A DNA stretch of 64,000 nt. It comes from an uncultured Candidatus Rokubacteria bacterium. GTDB lineage: Bacteria > Methylomirabilota > Methylomirabilia > Rokubacteriales > CSP1-6. The notes under the pieces are model-generated. The model ran no database searches. It was not told the DNA's origin and worked only from the letters and a program-made list of their open reading frames with translations. Each line of letters begins with the position of its first letter. Positions within the stretch are counted from its first letter, which is position 1. The position numbers and the translations under genes are program-made. This document shows positions 10,374 to 19,667 of the stretch, piece after piece. The DNA lies in assembly GCA_963762145.1 (NCBI GenBank), contig CAVXJS010000010.1:128001-192000 (forward strand), written 5' to 3'.

Positions 10374-10474
10374 ACTGCGAGGCGATCGGGCGGGAGCGGC
10401 GGCGGGTGGTGGCGGACAATACTGGTTTCCATGCACGGGGGCGGGAGTCGCGGGTGGTGTTGCCGATCATCTAG
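10374..10474 (+). repeat. Orphan gene-tail fragment, copy B (resembles CocE/NonD hydrolase C-terminus)
   Basis: Reads EAIGRERRRVVADNTGFHARGRESRVVLPII*; homologous to 1472-1552. Confidence 0.7.
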
Positions 10475-10490
10475 CGGGGGAGCCGCTCAG

Positions 10491-10688
10491 CTACCGCGAA
10501 GTCTCGAAGGCGGCCCGCGGGATGCCGCTCTGGCGAAAGATGGCGAGGAGGGTGCCGATCGCCAGTTCGGGATGATCGGGCACGGGCTGCATGACGACGT
10601 GGCTTCCGCGCCGTCTCACTTCGCGGAGGCCGTGTTGCTGCAGTATCTGGCAGGTCTCGCGCCAGGAGAGGACGCGGAGCCTACCCAT
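10491..10688 (-). CDS. hicA: HicA-family toxin, possibly with an internal deletion
   Basis: RRRGSHVVMQ-PVPDHPELAIGTLLAIFRQSG; segment between GSH and PVP is shorter than usual. Confidence 0.75.
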   Translation of the reverse strand: MGRLRVLSWRETCQILQQHGLREVRRRGSHVVMQPVPDHPELAIGTLLAIFRQSGIPRAAFETSR

Positions 10689-10914
10689 CCGCGGCCTGGA
10701 ACTGCGTCACGAAGACGTGTTCCCGCCGCCGATCTTTCATCTCTCCGGGATCGGCCGTCTCCATGAAAAGCGCGACGGCCTCCTTCAGGTTGTCCAGGGC
10801 ATTCTCGATCGAGGTGCCTTGACTGGCAACGTCCAGCTCCGGGCAGAGAGCCACGTACAGGTTGCCTTCCCGCTCGATGATCGCAGTGAATACCGAACCG
10901 GACGTGGGATTCAT
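10681..10914 (-). CDS. hicB: HicB-family antitoxin (short form)
   Basis: FTAIIEREGNLYVALCPELDVASQGTSIENALDNLKEAVALF. Confidence 0.9.
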   Translation of the reverse strand: MNPTSGSVFTAIIEREGNLYVALCPELDVASQGTSIENALDNLKEAVALFMETADPGEMKDRRREHVFVTQFQAADG

Positions 10915-10980
10915 TGTACAGACAGCCTAACACGCCGCAGCTCCGACCTTTCCTGTCCCCCTAAGGATACAGGCCGTGCC

Positions 10981-11604
10981 TCACTCATCCGCGGCGCGAT
11001 GCGCGGTGGCGTCCTTGTCCACCCAATCCGCCTCCTCCCACGTCACGCCCTTGCGCCCCGGCACCTTGCGCGTTGGTCCTGGCCGATACAGCGCGCACGC
11101 TTTGGGGCCATAGCAGAACGTCTCGAAGCGGTAGCGTGCCTCCGCGGCGGGCTTCCACGGGTCGATGATCATGTCCACCGGCATCCGGCAGCCCCAGAGG
11201 CAGGCGCGGCACATGGATTCGTAGGTCTTCGCGTCGAGCCGTCGATGACCCCGCTCCCGGTAAACCGGCAGCTCGGGTGGAACCCCCAGCCAGGGCGGTG
11301 GCGGCGGCGCCCCTGGCCCGCGAGCCATCAGCTCGAGTCGCACCGTCTTGTAGAAGTCCACCGGCTCGGTGCGCGGGTCGGCGACGGGGCTCGACTCGCC
11401 CTGGACGACGTCGCCGGCCCGGAAGCGATGCTTGGCCTGGGTCCCCGAGCCGATGCCGACGAGGAATTCGCCGCGTCGGTCGCCGATGGCCCCGTCGAGG
11501 CGGAGGGCGTAGCCCAGATACGTGTGGGTCCGCTCGTCGAACGATCGCGTGAGGCGGATCCGGGGCTGGATCCCGAGGAGTGTGCCCTGCCAGGCGAACC
11601 CCAT
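10981..11604 (-). CDS. Hypothetical protein with Cys cluster
   Basis: 207-aa ORF with host-like codon use; CxxCxWGC and CYGPKxC motifs. Confidence 0.7.
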   Translation of the reverse strand: MGFAWQGTLLGIQPRIRLTRSFDERTHTYLGYALRLDGAIGDRRGEFLVGIGSGTQAKHRFRAGDVVQGESSPVADPRTEPVDFYKTVRLELMARGPGAPPPPPWLGVPPELPVYRERGHRRLDAKTYESMCRACLWGCRMPVDMIIDPWKPAAEARYRFETFCYGPKACALYRPGPTRKVPGRKGVTWEEADWVDKDATAHRAADE

Positions 11605-11647
11605 GTCTCGCGGATCTCAGCGGATCTCGGTCGGCTTCCCAGTTTCC

Positions 11648-11935
11648 TCAGGCGCGCGCGAGCCTACGCCGGCGACCTCGCAGCTCCTGCTCGACTCTCT
11701 CGGCCAGGAAGATCTTGAGAAGTGATTGATACGGCACATCCCGCTTGTTGGCCAGGAGCTTCAGCTCCTCCAGCAGGAGATCCGGAAGGCGGACCGAGAT
11801 CGTCGTGAGGGAAGGCTTGAGGTTCGGGAAGACAACCCGCCTCCCCCGCTTCCAGTTGACATACCGTGTGGAGTCGGCCTTCGCCCAGAACTCACGCTCC
11901 TGCGTCTCGGACTTGAACCTCGGGATTTTCTTCAT
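11648..11935 (-). CDS. BrnA/CopG-family antitoxin
   Basis: IPRFKSETQEREFW..FPNLKPS..ISVRLP..LKLLANKRDVPYQSLLKIFLAER. Confidence 0.9.
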   Translation of the reverse strand: MKKIPRFKSETQEREFWAKADSTRYVNWKRGRRVVFPNLKPSLTTISVRLPDLLLEELKLLANKRDVPYQSLLKIFLAERVEQELRGRRRRLARA

Positions 11936-12198
11936 GGCTTCTCGTACTCCGTCCGCTCTCGCCGGTTCATATCTCTCGCCGAGATGACCCGGATGAGGTC
12001 TCGGCGTATCGTGAACGCGATGAATAACCGCCTCCCGGAATCGGTCTGCCCGAGGGCGTAGAATCGGGGTTCCGCGTCCGAGTGGCCCTCATCGGCTGAT
12101 GCCGCGAGCGGCCGGTTGAAGAATACCTGCTCACATTCGGCGCCGGCCACCCGGTGGCGAGCCCAGTTCTTGGTGAGGTTGCCCTCATCCCAGTCAAA
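11932..12198 (-). pseudogene. BrnT-family toxin lacking its start
   Basis: FDWDEGNLTKNWARHRV..ECEQVFFN..HSDAEPRFYALG..IRVISARDMNRRER; in-frame TAG (12199-12201) immediately upstream of FDWD. Confidence 0.8.
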
Positions 12199-12256
12199 CT
12201 ACCTGGAGTCAAGGCCGGTGTCGAGGAGCCTGTCGCCCTCTGGGGACGGTTCAATC

Positions 12257-12466
12257 GCGCGCGACGCCGTCGGGCGACACCAGGACCAGGTCGGTGAAGG
12301 TGCCCCCCACGTCCACTCCCAGCCGGTAGCTCATGCCGATCTCCCGAAGCCCGCGAGCCCGCGCGGAAAGAAGATGACGAAGACCATGATCACGGGCAGC
12401 ACCAGAGGCAGGCGCGGCGGTGGATTGTGCCGGGACGCACAGTGGCGGGATGATAGCACACGGGCG
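12257..12466 (-). repeat. Composite duplicate: ABC-operon promoter/leader + livM tail + hyuA head
   Basis: 12257-12394 matches 8061-8198; 12419-12466 matches 17569-17616 (48 bp, 1 mismatch). Confidence 0.92.
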
Positions 12467-12529
12467 GGTGGGGGGCGTTTCCTGGCGGATACACTTTCGG
12501 CTCGCTTGGCCCTTCCGTAGTATGAGTCG

Positions 12530-13045
12530 GTGACATCCCGCCACTCAACGACAGGGCTCTCGTCGCCTACTGAGCGAATCGATCGCTCGATCCGATTGAT
12601 CCGCGGCCAGCGGGTCATGTTAGGTGCTGATCTCGCTCCCCTCTACGGCGTGCCGACACGTGCACTCATCCAGGCCGTCCGACGCAACCCTGAACGGTTT
12701 CCCACCGACTTCATGTTTCGCCTGGCGACGACGGAGGCCGCCGCTTTGAGATCACAAACTGTGATCTCAAACGTTGGTCGTGGTGGACGTCGCTACCTGC
12801 CGTATGCATTCACCGAACAGGGCGTCGCCATGCTCTCGAGCGTGCTTCGAAGCCAGCGAGCGATCCGCGTCAACGTCGAGATCATGCGGGCGTTTGTCAG
12901 GCTACGAAGGATGCTGGTCTCGCACGACGAGCTGGCGCAGAAGGTGGCGACCCTCGAGCGGAGGTATGATGGCCATCCGGAAGCTGATGGCGCCGCCCGC
13001 GGGACAGCACAGGACGATCGGCTTCCGACCTGCGCATCGAAGCAG
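12530..13045 (+). pseudogene. ORF6N-domain protein, frameshifted near 12970
   Basis: [50 protein letters not shown]; tail [15 protein letters not shown] is in another frame. Confidence 0.85.
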
Positions 13046-13075
13046 CGGGACCCCGACCTCAAGGAGGTCAGGGGC

Positions 13076-14002
13076 TCATGCCGATCTCCCGAAGCCCGCC
13101 AGCCCGCGCGGAAAGAAGATGACGAAGACCATGATCACGAAGCCCACCGCGACCAGGTTGTACACGACGCCGACGAAGCGCAAGCCCTCGTAGAGGCCGT
13201 AGAGGAGCAGCGCGCCGAGCACCGGGCCCCACAGCGTGCCGAGGCCGCCGAAGACCACCATGCCGATGACCAGCGAGGTCGTCGCCGCCGAGGCGACCAC
13301 CGGGCTCACGAGCTGCACGTAGTAGGCGTAGAGGCCGCCCGCCAGCCCCGCGAAGCCCGAGCTGAGCGCGAACGCCAGCAGCTTGTACCGCGTCGTGTCG
13401 ATGCCGAGGGTCTGCGCGAGCACCTCGTCCTCGCGGATGGCCCGGAAGGCCTGGCCCGCGCTCGTGCGCTCGCAGACCTGGTACATGACGGCGACCGAGC
13501 CGACCACGACCGCGACGACGACCAGGTACATCGCCTGGCGGTGGGCCAGCGCGCCGTCGGGCAGCCCCGGGAAGCTCCGGAAGTCGTGGATGCCGAACGG
13601 GCCGCCGGTGAGCGCCAGCCAGTTCGTGGCGACGAGCCGGATGATCTCGGCGAGCCCGAGGGTCACGAGCGCGAGATAGTGCCCGCGCAGCCGGAGGGCG
13701 GGGAAGCCGGTCAGGAGCCCGACGGCGGCCGCGATCGTCGCGCCCACGAGCAGGCCGAGCCACGGCGAGACGTCGGCGTGCTTGGTGGAGGCGGCGGCCG
13801 CGTAGGCCCCGAGCGCGAAGAAGCCGGCGTGGCCGAACGAGATCTGCCCGGTGTAGCCGCTCAGCAGGTCCCAGCTCGCGGCCAGCAGCGCCCAGATCAC
13901 GGCCTGCGTCGCGATGGTGAGCACGAACGGGTGCGGCAGCAGCACGGGCAGGAGCGCGGCGCCCCCGACGGCGGCGAGCGTGAGCCGCGCGCGGGCGGTC
14001 AT
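13076..14002 (-). CDS. Branched-chain amino acid ABC permease (LivM-like)
   Basis: [42 protein letters not shown]. Confidence 0.93.
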   Translation of the reverse strand: MTARARLTLAAVGGAALLPVLLPHPFVLTIATQAVIWALLAASWDLLSGYTGQISFGHAGFFALGAYAAAASTKHADVSPWLGLLVGATIAAAVGLLTGFPALRLRGHYLALVTLGLAEIIRLVATNWLALTGGPFGIHDFRSFPGLPDGALAHRQAMYLVVVAVVVGSVAVMYQVCERTSAGQAFRAIREDEVLAQTLGIDTTRYKLLAFALSSGFAGLAGGLYAYYVQLVSPVVASAATTSLVIGMVVFGGLGTLWGPVLGALLLYGLYEGLRFVGVVYNLVAVGFVIMVFVIFFPRGLAGFGRSA

Positions 14003-14883
14003 CGCGAGACGGCCCGGCCGAAGAGGCCGCGGGGCCGGACCAGGAGCATCACGATCATCACCGCGAACGCGATGAGGTTCTGCCACTGCGACGGGATCAC
14101 CATCACCGAGAGCGACTCCGCGATGGAGACGAGGAAGCTCGCCACCAGCGCGCCCGCGGGGTTGCCCATGCCGCCGAGGATGGTGATGGCGAAGGCCTTG
14201 ATGGTCAGCGGGAAGCCCACCGCCGGGTAGACGTTGAAGAGCGGGGCCATGAGCGCGCCGCCCACGCCCGCCAGCGCCACGCCCAGGGCCAGCGTGAGGG
14301 CGAAGATGCGCGGCAGGTTGATGCCCATCGCCTGGGCCGCGTCGGGATTGAGCGCCACCGCGCGCACCGCGAGCCCCTCGGGATGAAAGCGCAGGAACGC
14401 GAAGAGCGCGGTGAGCAGGACGGCCGCCGCCCCGAGCACGAGCAGCCGCTGGTGGCTCACCGCGGTGACGCCCAGATCGAGGATGCCGCTCACCTGGGGC
14501 GGCACCCGCAGGTAGTCGCCCCCCGCGATCGCCAGCAGGCTCGACTGGAGGAACGTGGACAGCCCCAGCGTCAGCACGAGGTAGAGCGGCCCCTGCGGCC
14601 GCCCCCCGAGCCGCCGCTTGAGCGGCGCGATCAGGAGCGGGTAGACGCAGAGGCCGAGCAGGAACGTCCCGACGGCCGCCCCGAGCACGCCCAGGGCGCC
14701 CGGGAGATGCAGGAGCACGACCGCCGCGAAGGCCAGGTAGCCGCCGACCGCGAAGAACTCCCCGTGGGCCACGTTGATGACGTCGAGCACGCCGAAGATC
14801 AGGCTGAGCCCGACCGCGAACAGCGCGTAGAGCCCGCCCAGGACCAGGCCCTGGATCAGGAACTCGAGGAGGGATTCGAGCAT
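13999..14883 (-). CDS. Branched-chain amino acid ABC permease (LivH-like)
   Basis: [38 protein letters not shown]. Confidence 0.93.
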   Translation of the reverse strand: MLESLLEFLIQGLVLGGLYALFAVGLSLIFGVLDVINVAHGEFFAVGGYLAFAAVVLLHLPGALGVLGAAVGTFLLGLCVYPLLIAPLKRRLGGRPQGPLYLVLTLGLSTFLQSSLLAIAGGDYLRVPPQVSGILDLGVTAVSHQRLLVLGAAAVLLTALFAFLRFHPEGLAVRAVALNPDAAQAMGINLPRIFALTLALGVALAGVGGALMAPLFNVYPAVGFPLTIKAFAITILGGMGNPAGALVASFLVSIAESLSVMVIPSQWQNLIAFAVMIVMLLVRPRGLFGRAVSR

Positions 14884-15599
14884 CAGCCCGCGCCTTCCTC
14901 TTCCCCCAGGTAGAGCCGGCGGATCCGATCGGAGCCGCGCAGCTCGGCCGGCGTCCCGTCGAAGGCGTTCCGGCCCAGGTCCAGCACGAACACGCGGTGG
15001 GCCACCGCCAGGATCGCCTCGACGTTCTGCTCGACGATCAGCATGGCGAGCCCGTCCCGGTTGAGCGCCACGAGCGTCGCGTAGACCTGGTCGATGAACC
15101 GCGGGGCCAGCGCGGCCGACGGCTCGTCGAGCAGCAGCAGGCGCGGGCGGACGATGAGGGCGCGGGCGATGGCGAGCAGGCGCTGCTCGCCCCCGGACAG
15201 CGCGCCGGCGAGCTGCCGGCGGCGCTCGTGGAAGAGGGGGAAGCGCGCGTAGACGCTGTCGATGGCGCGGCGCTTGTCCGCGCGCGAGACCGTGTAGCCG
15301 CCGAGCACCAGGTTGTCGTGCACGGTCATCTCCGCGAACAGGCCGCCCGCCTGGGCGAGGTAGCCGACCCCGCAGCGCATGATCTCGTCGGGCCGCCGCC
15401 CCGCGATCTCGCGCCCGTCGAGCGCGATGCGGCCCGCCCAGGGCGCGAGATAGCCGAAGGCGGTCTTGAGCAGCGTGGACTTGCCGGCGCCGTTGGGCCC
15501 GATGATGCCGACGATCGCGCCGTCGGGGACCCGCAGCGAGGCCGACTGGAGGATCTCGAGCTTGCCGTAGCCGGAGCGCACGTCCTCAAGCTCGAGCAT
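14883..15599 (-). CDS. ABC ATP-binding protein (LivF-like)
   Basis: GPNGAGKST, LSGGEQ, LLLLDEP. Confidence 0.95.
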   Translation of the reverse strand: MLELEDVRSGYGKLEILQSASLRVPDGAIVGIIGPNGAGKSTLLKTAFGYLAPWAGRIALDGREIAGRRPDEIMRCGVGYLAQAGGLFAEMTVHDNLVLGGYTVSRADKRRAIDSVYARFPLFHERRRQLAGALSGGEQRLLAIARALIVRPRLLLLDEPSAALAPRFIDQVYATLVALNRDGLAMLIVEQNVEAILAVAHRVFVLDLGRNAFDGTPAELRGSDRIRRLYLGEEEGAG

Positions 15600-16338
15600 C
15601 GTCGCTCCCGCGCTCCGCCCGTCCGAGCAGGGCCGCGATCACCCGCGCGTCGGCGCGGACCGCCGCGGGCGGCCCCTCCGCGATCTTCTCGCCGTGGTCC
15701 ATCACCACGATCTTGTCGCAGAGCCCCATCACGAACGGCATGTGGTGCTCGATGATCAGGAGCGTGCGCCCGCGCGCGCGCAGGTCGCCGAGCGTGTCCG
15801 CGATCTGGCGTCGGATCACCGGGTGCACGCCCGCCAGGGGCTCGTCGAGCAGCAGGAAGTCCGGCTCGATCACCAGGTTCATCGTCAGCTCGAGCAGGCG
15901 CTGCTGGCCGATGGAGAGGCTGCCCGCGGGCGCGTCGACCAGGTGGGTGAGGCCCATGCGGGCGAGCCACTCCTGGGCGCGCGGCTCCCAGCCGCGGAGC
16001 CGGCGGCCCATGGCCGCGATGGCCAGGTTCTCGCGGACGGGCAGGGCGCGGAAGATCTTCACCGACTGGAACGTGCGGCCGACGCCGCGGCGCGCGATCT
16101 CGTGGGTGGCGAGCCCGTCGATGCGCTCGCCGTCGTAGAGGATCGCCCCCTCGTCGGGCCGCAGGAGGCCGGTCACCAGGTTGAAGATCGTGCTCTTGCC
16201 GGAGCCGTTGGGGCCGATGAGGCCCACCACGGTGCCGGGCGCGATGTCGAACGAGCAGGCGGACACGGCGCGGAGGCCGCCGAACCGCTTGCTGAGGCCG
16301 GCGAGGGCGAGCTTCGGGGGCGCTACTTCTTGTCCCAC
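15586..16338 (-). CDS. ABC ATP-binding protein (LivG-like)
   Basis: KRFGGLRAV, GPNGSGKST, LSIGQQR, LLLDEP; start codon approximate. Confidence 0.93.
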   Translation of the reverse strand: MGQEVAPPKLALAGLSKRFGGLRAVSACSFDIAPGTVVGLIGPNGSGKSTIFNLVTGLLRPDEGAILYDGERIDGLATHEIARRGVGRTFQSVKIFRALPVRENLAIAAMGRRLRGWEPRAQEWLARMGLTHLVDAPAGSLSIGQQRLLELTMNLVIEPDFLLLDEPLAGVHPVIRRQIADTLGDLRARGRTLLIIEHHMPFVMGLCDKIVVMDHGEKIAEGPPAAVRADARVIAALLGRAERGSDDARA

Positions 16339-17552
16339 GCGAACGGGGGCACCGGCACGTACTTGCCGCCGGCGGCCGCCGCGACCGACTCGGGATAGAT
16401 CGGCACCTTCTTGCCGCCCTGGATCTGCACGACCACGGTCTGGATGGGCATGCGGTGCCCCTCGGCGAGCGGCGTGAACTTGCGGGTGCCCCACGCGGTC
16501 ACGAAGGTGGTGGACTCGAGGGCGGCCTGGATCTTCTGCGGATCGAGGCTGCCCGCCTTCTGGATGGCGTCGAGCAGGACCAGGGTGGCGTCGTGCGCCT
16601 GCACCGCGAAGTTGGTGGGATCGGTGCCGGTCTTCTTCTTGTAGGCCGCCATCATCGGCTCGGACACCTCGGAGTACTTCGCGGGCCACCAGCGGTTGTT
16701 GATGATGGCGAGATCCGTCTGCTTGACGTGCTGGTCGATGAACGTCTGCGCGCTCACGGTGGCGCCCATGTGGGCGATGAGCGACGGCACCTTCAGCTCG
16801 AACCACTGGTTGAAGAGCACCGGCCCGCTCGAGCCGTAGACCTCGCCGATGGTGGCCTGCGCGCCGGTCCGCTTGATCTTCGCCCACTGCGGGGTCAGGT
16901 CGGTCACGCCGCGATCGACGAACTCGTCGGCGGCGACCTCGACGTCCTTGGCGTTGGCGGCGAACCACTCGCGGACGATGCGGGAGAAGTCGCGCCCCGC
17001 ATCCGTGTTCTCGTTGAGCAGCGCGATCTTCTTCGGCTTCACGTGCTGCGCGACCGCGGCCGCCACCGAGCGCGCGATGTCGTTGGCGGTGGGGCTGAGC
17101 TGGAAGACGTGCTGCATCTTGTTCTGGGCGATCTTGTCCCCGATCTTGAGCGACGCCGAGCAGCAGGTGACCACCGGGGTCGCGGCCTTCTGGAACTCGT
17201 CCATCACCCGGATGAACACGTCGCTGGAGAGAAAGCCCATCCCCACGTGGATCTTGTCGACGGTGAGGGCGCGCGTGACCACGTTGAGCCCGACGTCGCC
17301 CTTGCCCTCGTCGTCGTACCAGATGACGCGGACCTTCATCGGCTTGCCGCCCACCTGGAGCGTCGCCATGCGCTCGAGCGCGACCTCGGTGCCCGCCTTC
17401 ATCTGCGCGCCCACGTCGGCGCTGATCCCGGAGATGGGCAGGAACGCGCCGAGCTTGACTTCATCCTGGGCGCCCGCGCTCAGGGGGGCCGCGAGGAGCG
17501 CCGCCAGGCCGAGCAGGAGCGCCACGAGTCCGATCGCCGTGGGTTTGCGCAT
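16323..17552 (-). CDS. ABC substrate-binding protein (Leu/Ile/Val-binding family)
   Basis: Signal peptide MRKPTAIGLVALLLG..AGA; VKLGAFLPISG, YDDEG; GGAGG RBS upstream. Confidence 0.92.
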   Translation of the reverse strand: MRKPTAIGLVALLLGLAALLAAPLSAGAQDEVKLGAFLPISGISADVGAQMKAGTEVALERMATLQVGGKPMKVRVIWYDDEGKGDVGLNVVTRALTVDKIHVGMGFLSSDVFIRVMDEFQKAATPVVTCCSASLKIGDKIAQNKMQHVFQLSPTANDIARSVAAAVAQHVKPKKIALLNENTDAGRDFSRIVREWFAANAKDVEVAADEFVDRGVTDLTPQWAKIKRTGAQATIGEVYGSSGPVLFNQWFELKVPSLIAHMGATVSAQTFIDQHVKQTDLAIINNRWWPAKYSEVSEPMMAAYKKKTGTDPTNFAVQAHDATLVLLDAIQKAGSLDPQKIQAALESTTFVTAWGTRKFTPLAEGHRMPIQTVVVQIQGGKKVPIYPESVAAAAGGKYVPVPPFAWDKK

Positions 17553-17568
17553 GGTCACGCCTCCGCGT

Positions 17569-17616
17569 GGTGGATCGTGCCGGGACGCACAGTGGCGGGA
17601 TGATAGCACACGGGCG
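17569..17616 (-). promoter_or_regulatory. Putative promoter/leader of the Liv-type operon (extended -10 TGcTATCAT)
   Basis: TGCTATCAT on minus strand at 17600-17608, about 50 nt upstream of the SBP start; duplicated at 12419-12466. Confidence 0.5.
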
Positions 17617-17883
17617 CCGGGGGCTGGGCGAGGCTAACGCGTCACCTCCCGAGCCTGGACGGCTCACGAAGCCTTGAGGCTGACTCCACCCCGGCCCTCG
17701 CATGAAGCCGAGAGCCTCACCCGCGCCGACTACGACGAAGCGGCGCGGTCCTGACCGGCGCGGATAACTAGGACGGATGCACCACGACACTGTAGGCTAT
17801 GCCCGATGGTCTGGCTAGGATGCGTGACGTAACCAACACCAGCCTGGGGTGTGATGCTGGGGGGTGAGGTTTTTCAGGTGCGC

Positions 17884-18539
17884 ATGCTAGTGGACGCCGT
17901 GTACCGTGACTTGCAGGTGGCGGGATTTCACTATCGACGTGGTGTCGAGTCAATTGAGTGTTTGCCGCCATAGCTCGGTCCCTCGGTATACCGGCGGGAG
18001 ATGTTCGGAGCGCAGAACTGCTACGGGAAATAAGGCCACAACCAGCGGAGAGAGCAAAGCCAAACACGCTCTCAAGCCGTTATGGGTTGGGCGCGTTTCC
18101 TTTTCACACCGACACAGCGTACTGGTCTACTCCAGCGCGCTTCATCCTCTTCTACTGTGTAAGTCCGGGCGTTGGTGATCGTCCGACCGTGCTCATCGAT
18201 CCGCGCGAATGGTCACTATCCGCGGCCACGAGGCGCTCACTCTGCAATGAGGTCTGGAGAGTAGGCACAAGGCGGCCATTTCACTGCACGGTCGGAAGAG
18301 AACAGAAGGACGGCCTGGCCGTCCGATTTGACGAGGCGTGCATGGTGCCCGTAACTTCGGGCGCACGAAGAGACTTAGAATTCATGCAGGACTCGATCTC
18401 GAAGAGTCGGGAGTTCAGCGTGCAATGGCGAGAAGGCGACCTTCTCGTGCTAGACAACCAGCGTGTGCTGCATGCGAGAGGACGTGCATCGCAGCCTGAT
18501 GAAGATCGAGTGCTAGCCCGAATCCTTATTAGGGAGTAA
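17884..18539 (+). CDS. TauD/TfdA-like 2OG-Fe(II) dioxygenase (compact; probable indel near 17955)
   Basis: FPFHTDTAYW (HxD), WREGDLLVLDNQRVLHARG; probable ATG at 17884 in adjacent frame. Confidence 0.82.
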
Positions 18540-19448
18540 GTGGCCATGGGGATGTGGGACTGGGAATCGCTATGGCTCAAGTCCAAGAAGTTCATCGACA
18601 AGGCAAATGAAGAGAATCGTGAATCCCCAGAGTTTGGCGTTCAGTCGGCGCTCGCACTGGAGCTTCTCGGGCGCGCCGCGTTGAGTCACATCCACCCAGC
18701 GCTCAACGCCGATCCAAAGAAGGAGGGGAATCTCTTCCATGCACTCGGGCTTCCGGCTGACCAGCCTCGTTCCATCCCGGCACACTCGGTCTCGGCAAGA
18801 TTGGAGAAGTTTATCTCTGGATTTGAAGCGAATCCTCACGGTGCCCTCTTCGACTTCATGAGCCTGCAGCGCAACATCGACCTACACACAGGCGACATAC
18901 CATTTGCGAACACTAACGCAGATAAATGGCTGCCTGACTTCTACGCAACCGCTAAGATTCTCTGTGCGAAGTTGGGTAAGACACTAAAGGAGTTCCTCGG
19001 CGATGAAGTGGGAGAGGCCGCCGAGAAGATGGTGGCGGCATTTGCGACTGCTCAAGAGAAAGCGGTTAAGGACCGGATCAGTCAACACAAGAAAGAGTTT
19101 GAAGCCAAGCCGGGTGAGAAGCGTGCCGAATTGTTGAAGGAAGCCGAGGTTCGGACAAAGGGGCTACGAACCGGATTGGTAAGGCAGACTTGTCCCGCAT
19201 GCGGTTCGCCTGGGGCCCTCAAGGGCGAGTTTATTAGGGAACACGCGCCCATCTATGAAGAGGGTGAACTGCTTGTTGACAAGGACTATCTGGCGACGGA
19301 GTTCCGGTGCCCGGCTTGCGAGCTGCTGCTCAAATCGATAGGCGAGGTTGGTTTGGCAGGAATTGACTTGCAGTTCACGGAGAGAGAGGCCACAAGCCTC
19401 CACGAAAGATTCCAGCCTGAGTGGGAGGACGAGTACGAGAATATGTGA
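18540..19448 (+). CDS. Predicted HEPN-like protein with C-terminal Zn ribbon
   Basis: ALALELLGRAAL helix, RNIDLH (RX4H), CPACG and CPAC, acidic tail; abuts dioxygenase stop. Confidence 0.7.
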   Translation: MAMGMWDWESLWLKSKKFIDKANEENRESPEFGVQSALALELLGRAALSHIHPALNADPKKEGNLFHALGLPADQPRSIPAHSVSARLEKFISGFEANPHGALFDFMSLQRNIDLHTGDIPFANTNADKWLPDFYATAKILCAKLGKTLKEFLGDEVGEAAEKMVAAFATAQEKAVKDRISQHKKEFEAKPGEKRAELLKEAEVRTKGLRTGLVRQTCPACGSPGALKGEFIREHAPIYEEGELLVDKDYLATEFRCPACELLLKSIGEVGLAGIDLQFTEREATSLHERFQPEWEDEYENM

Positions 19449-19667
19449 GGGCTCGTGGATGGACTGTCGGGTTCGAGAGCAAGGTAGGATCCACCCGAGG
19501 GCGTCCAAGCGCCGCGGAAGCCTCTCCGCAGGCGTGCCGCTCAATAACTCCATGATCATGCGGGGATGTCGGCCAAGGACCTGCCGTCCCGTTTCTGTTC
19601 CCAGCGAGGCGCGCAGCGGTGCTGGCGCCGGCGGATCAAGAAGCGAACTTCAGAAGCGCCAGCTCGA

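Noticed and set aside
8135-13272. livM duplicates as a DGR template/variable repeat pair served by the RT
   Set aside because: Differences are not adenine-specific on either strand, the RT has retron motifs and lies 16 kb away, and no Avd-like gene was seen
12530-14230. 566-aa ORF6N fusion
   Set aside because: Produced by a frameshift running into the antisense strand of livM/livH
17640-17880. att site or tRNA at the left island border
   Set aside because: No cloverleaf and no repeat matching the right border could be found by eye
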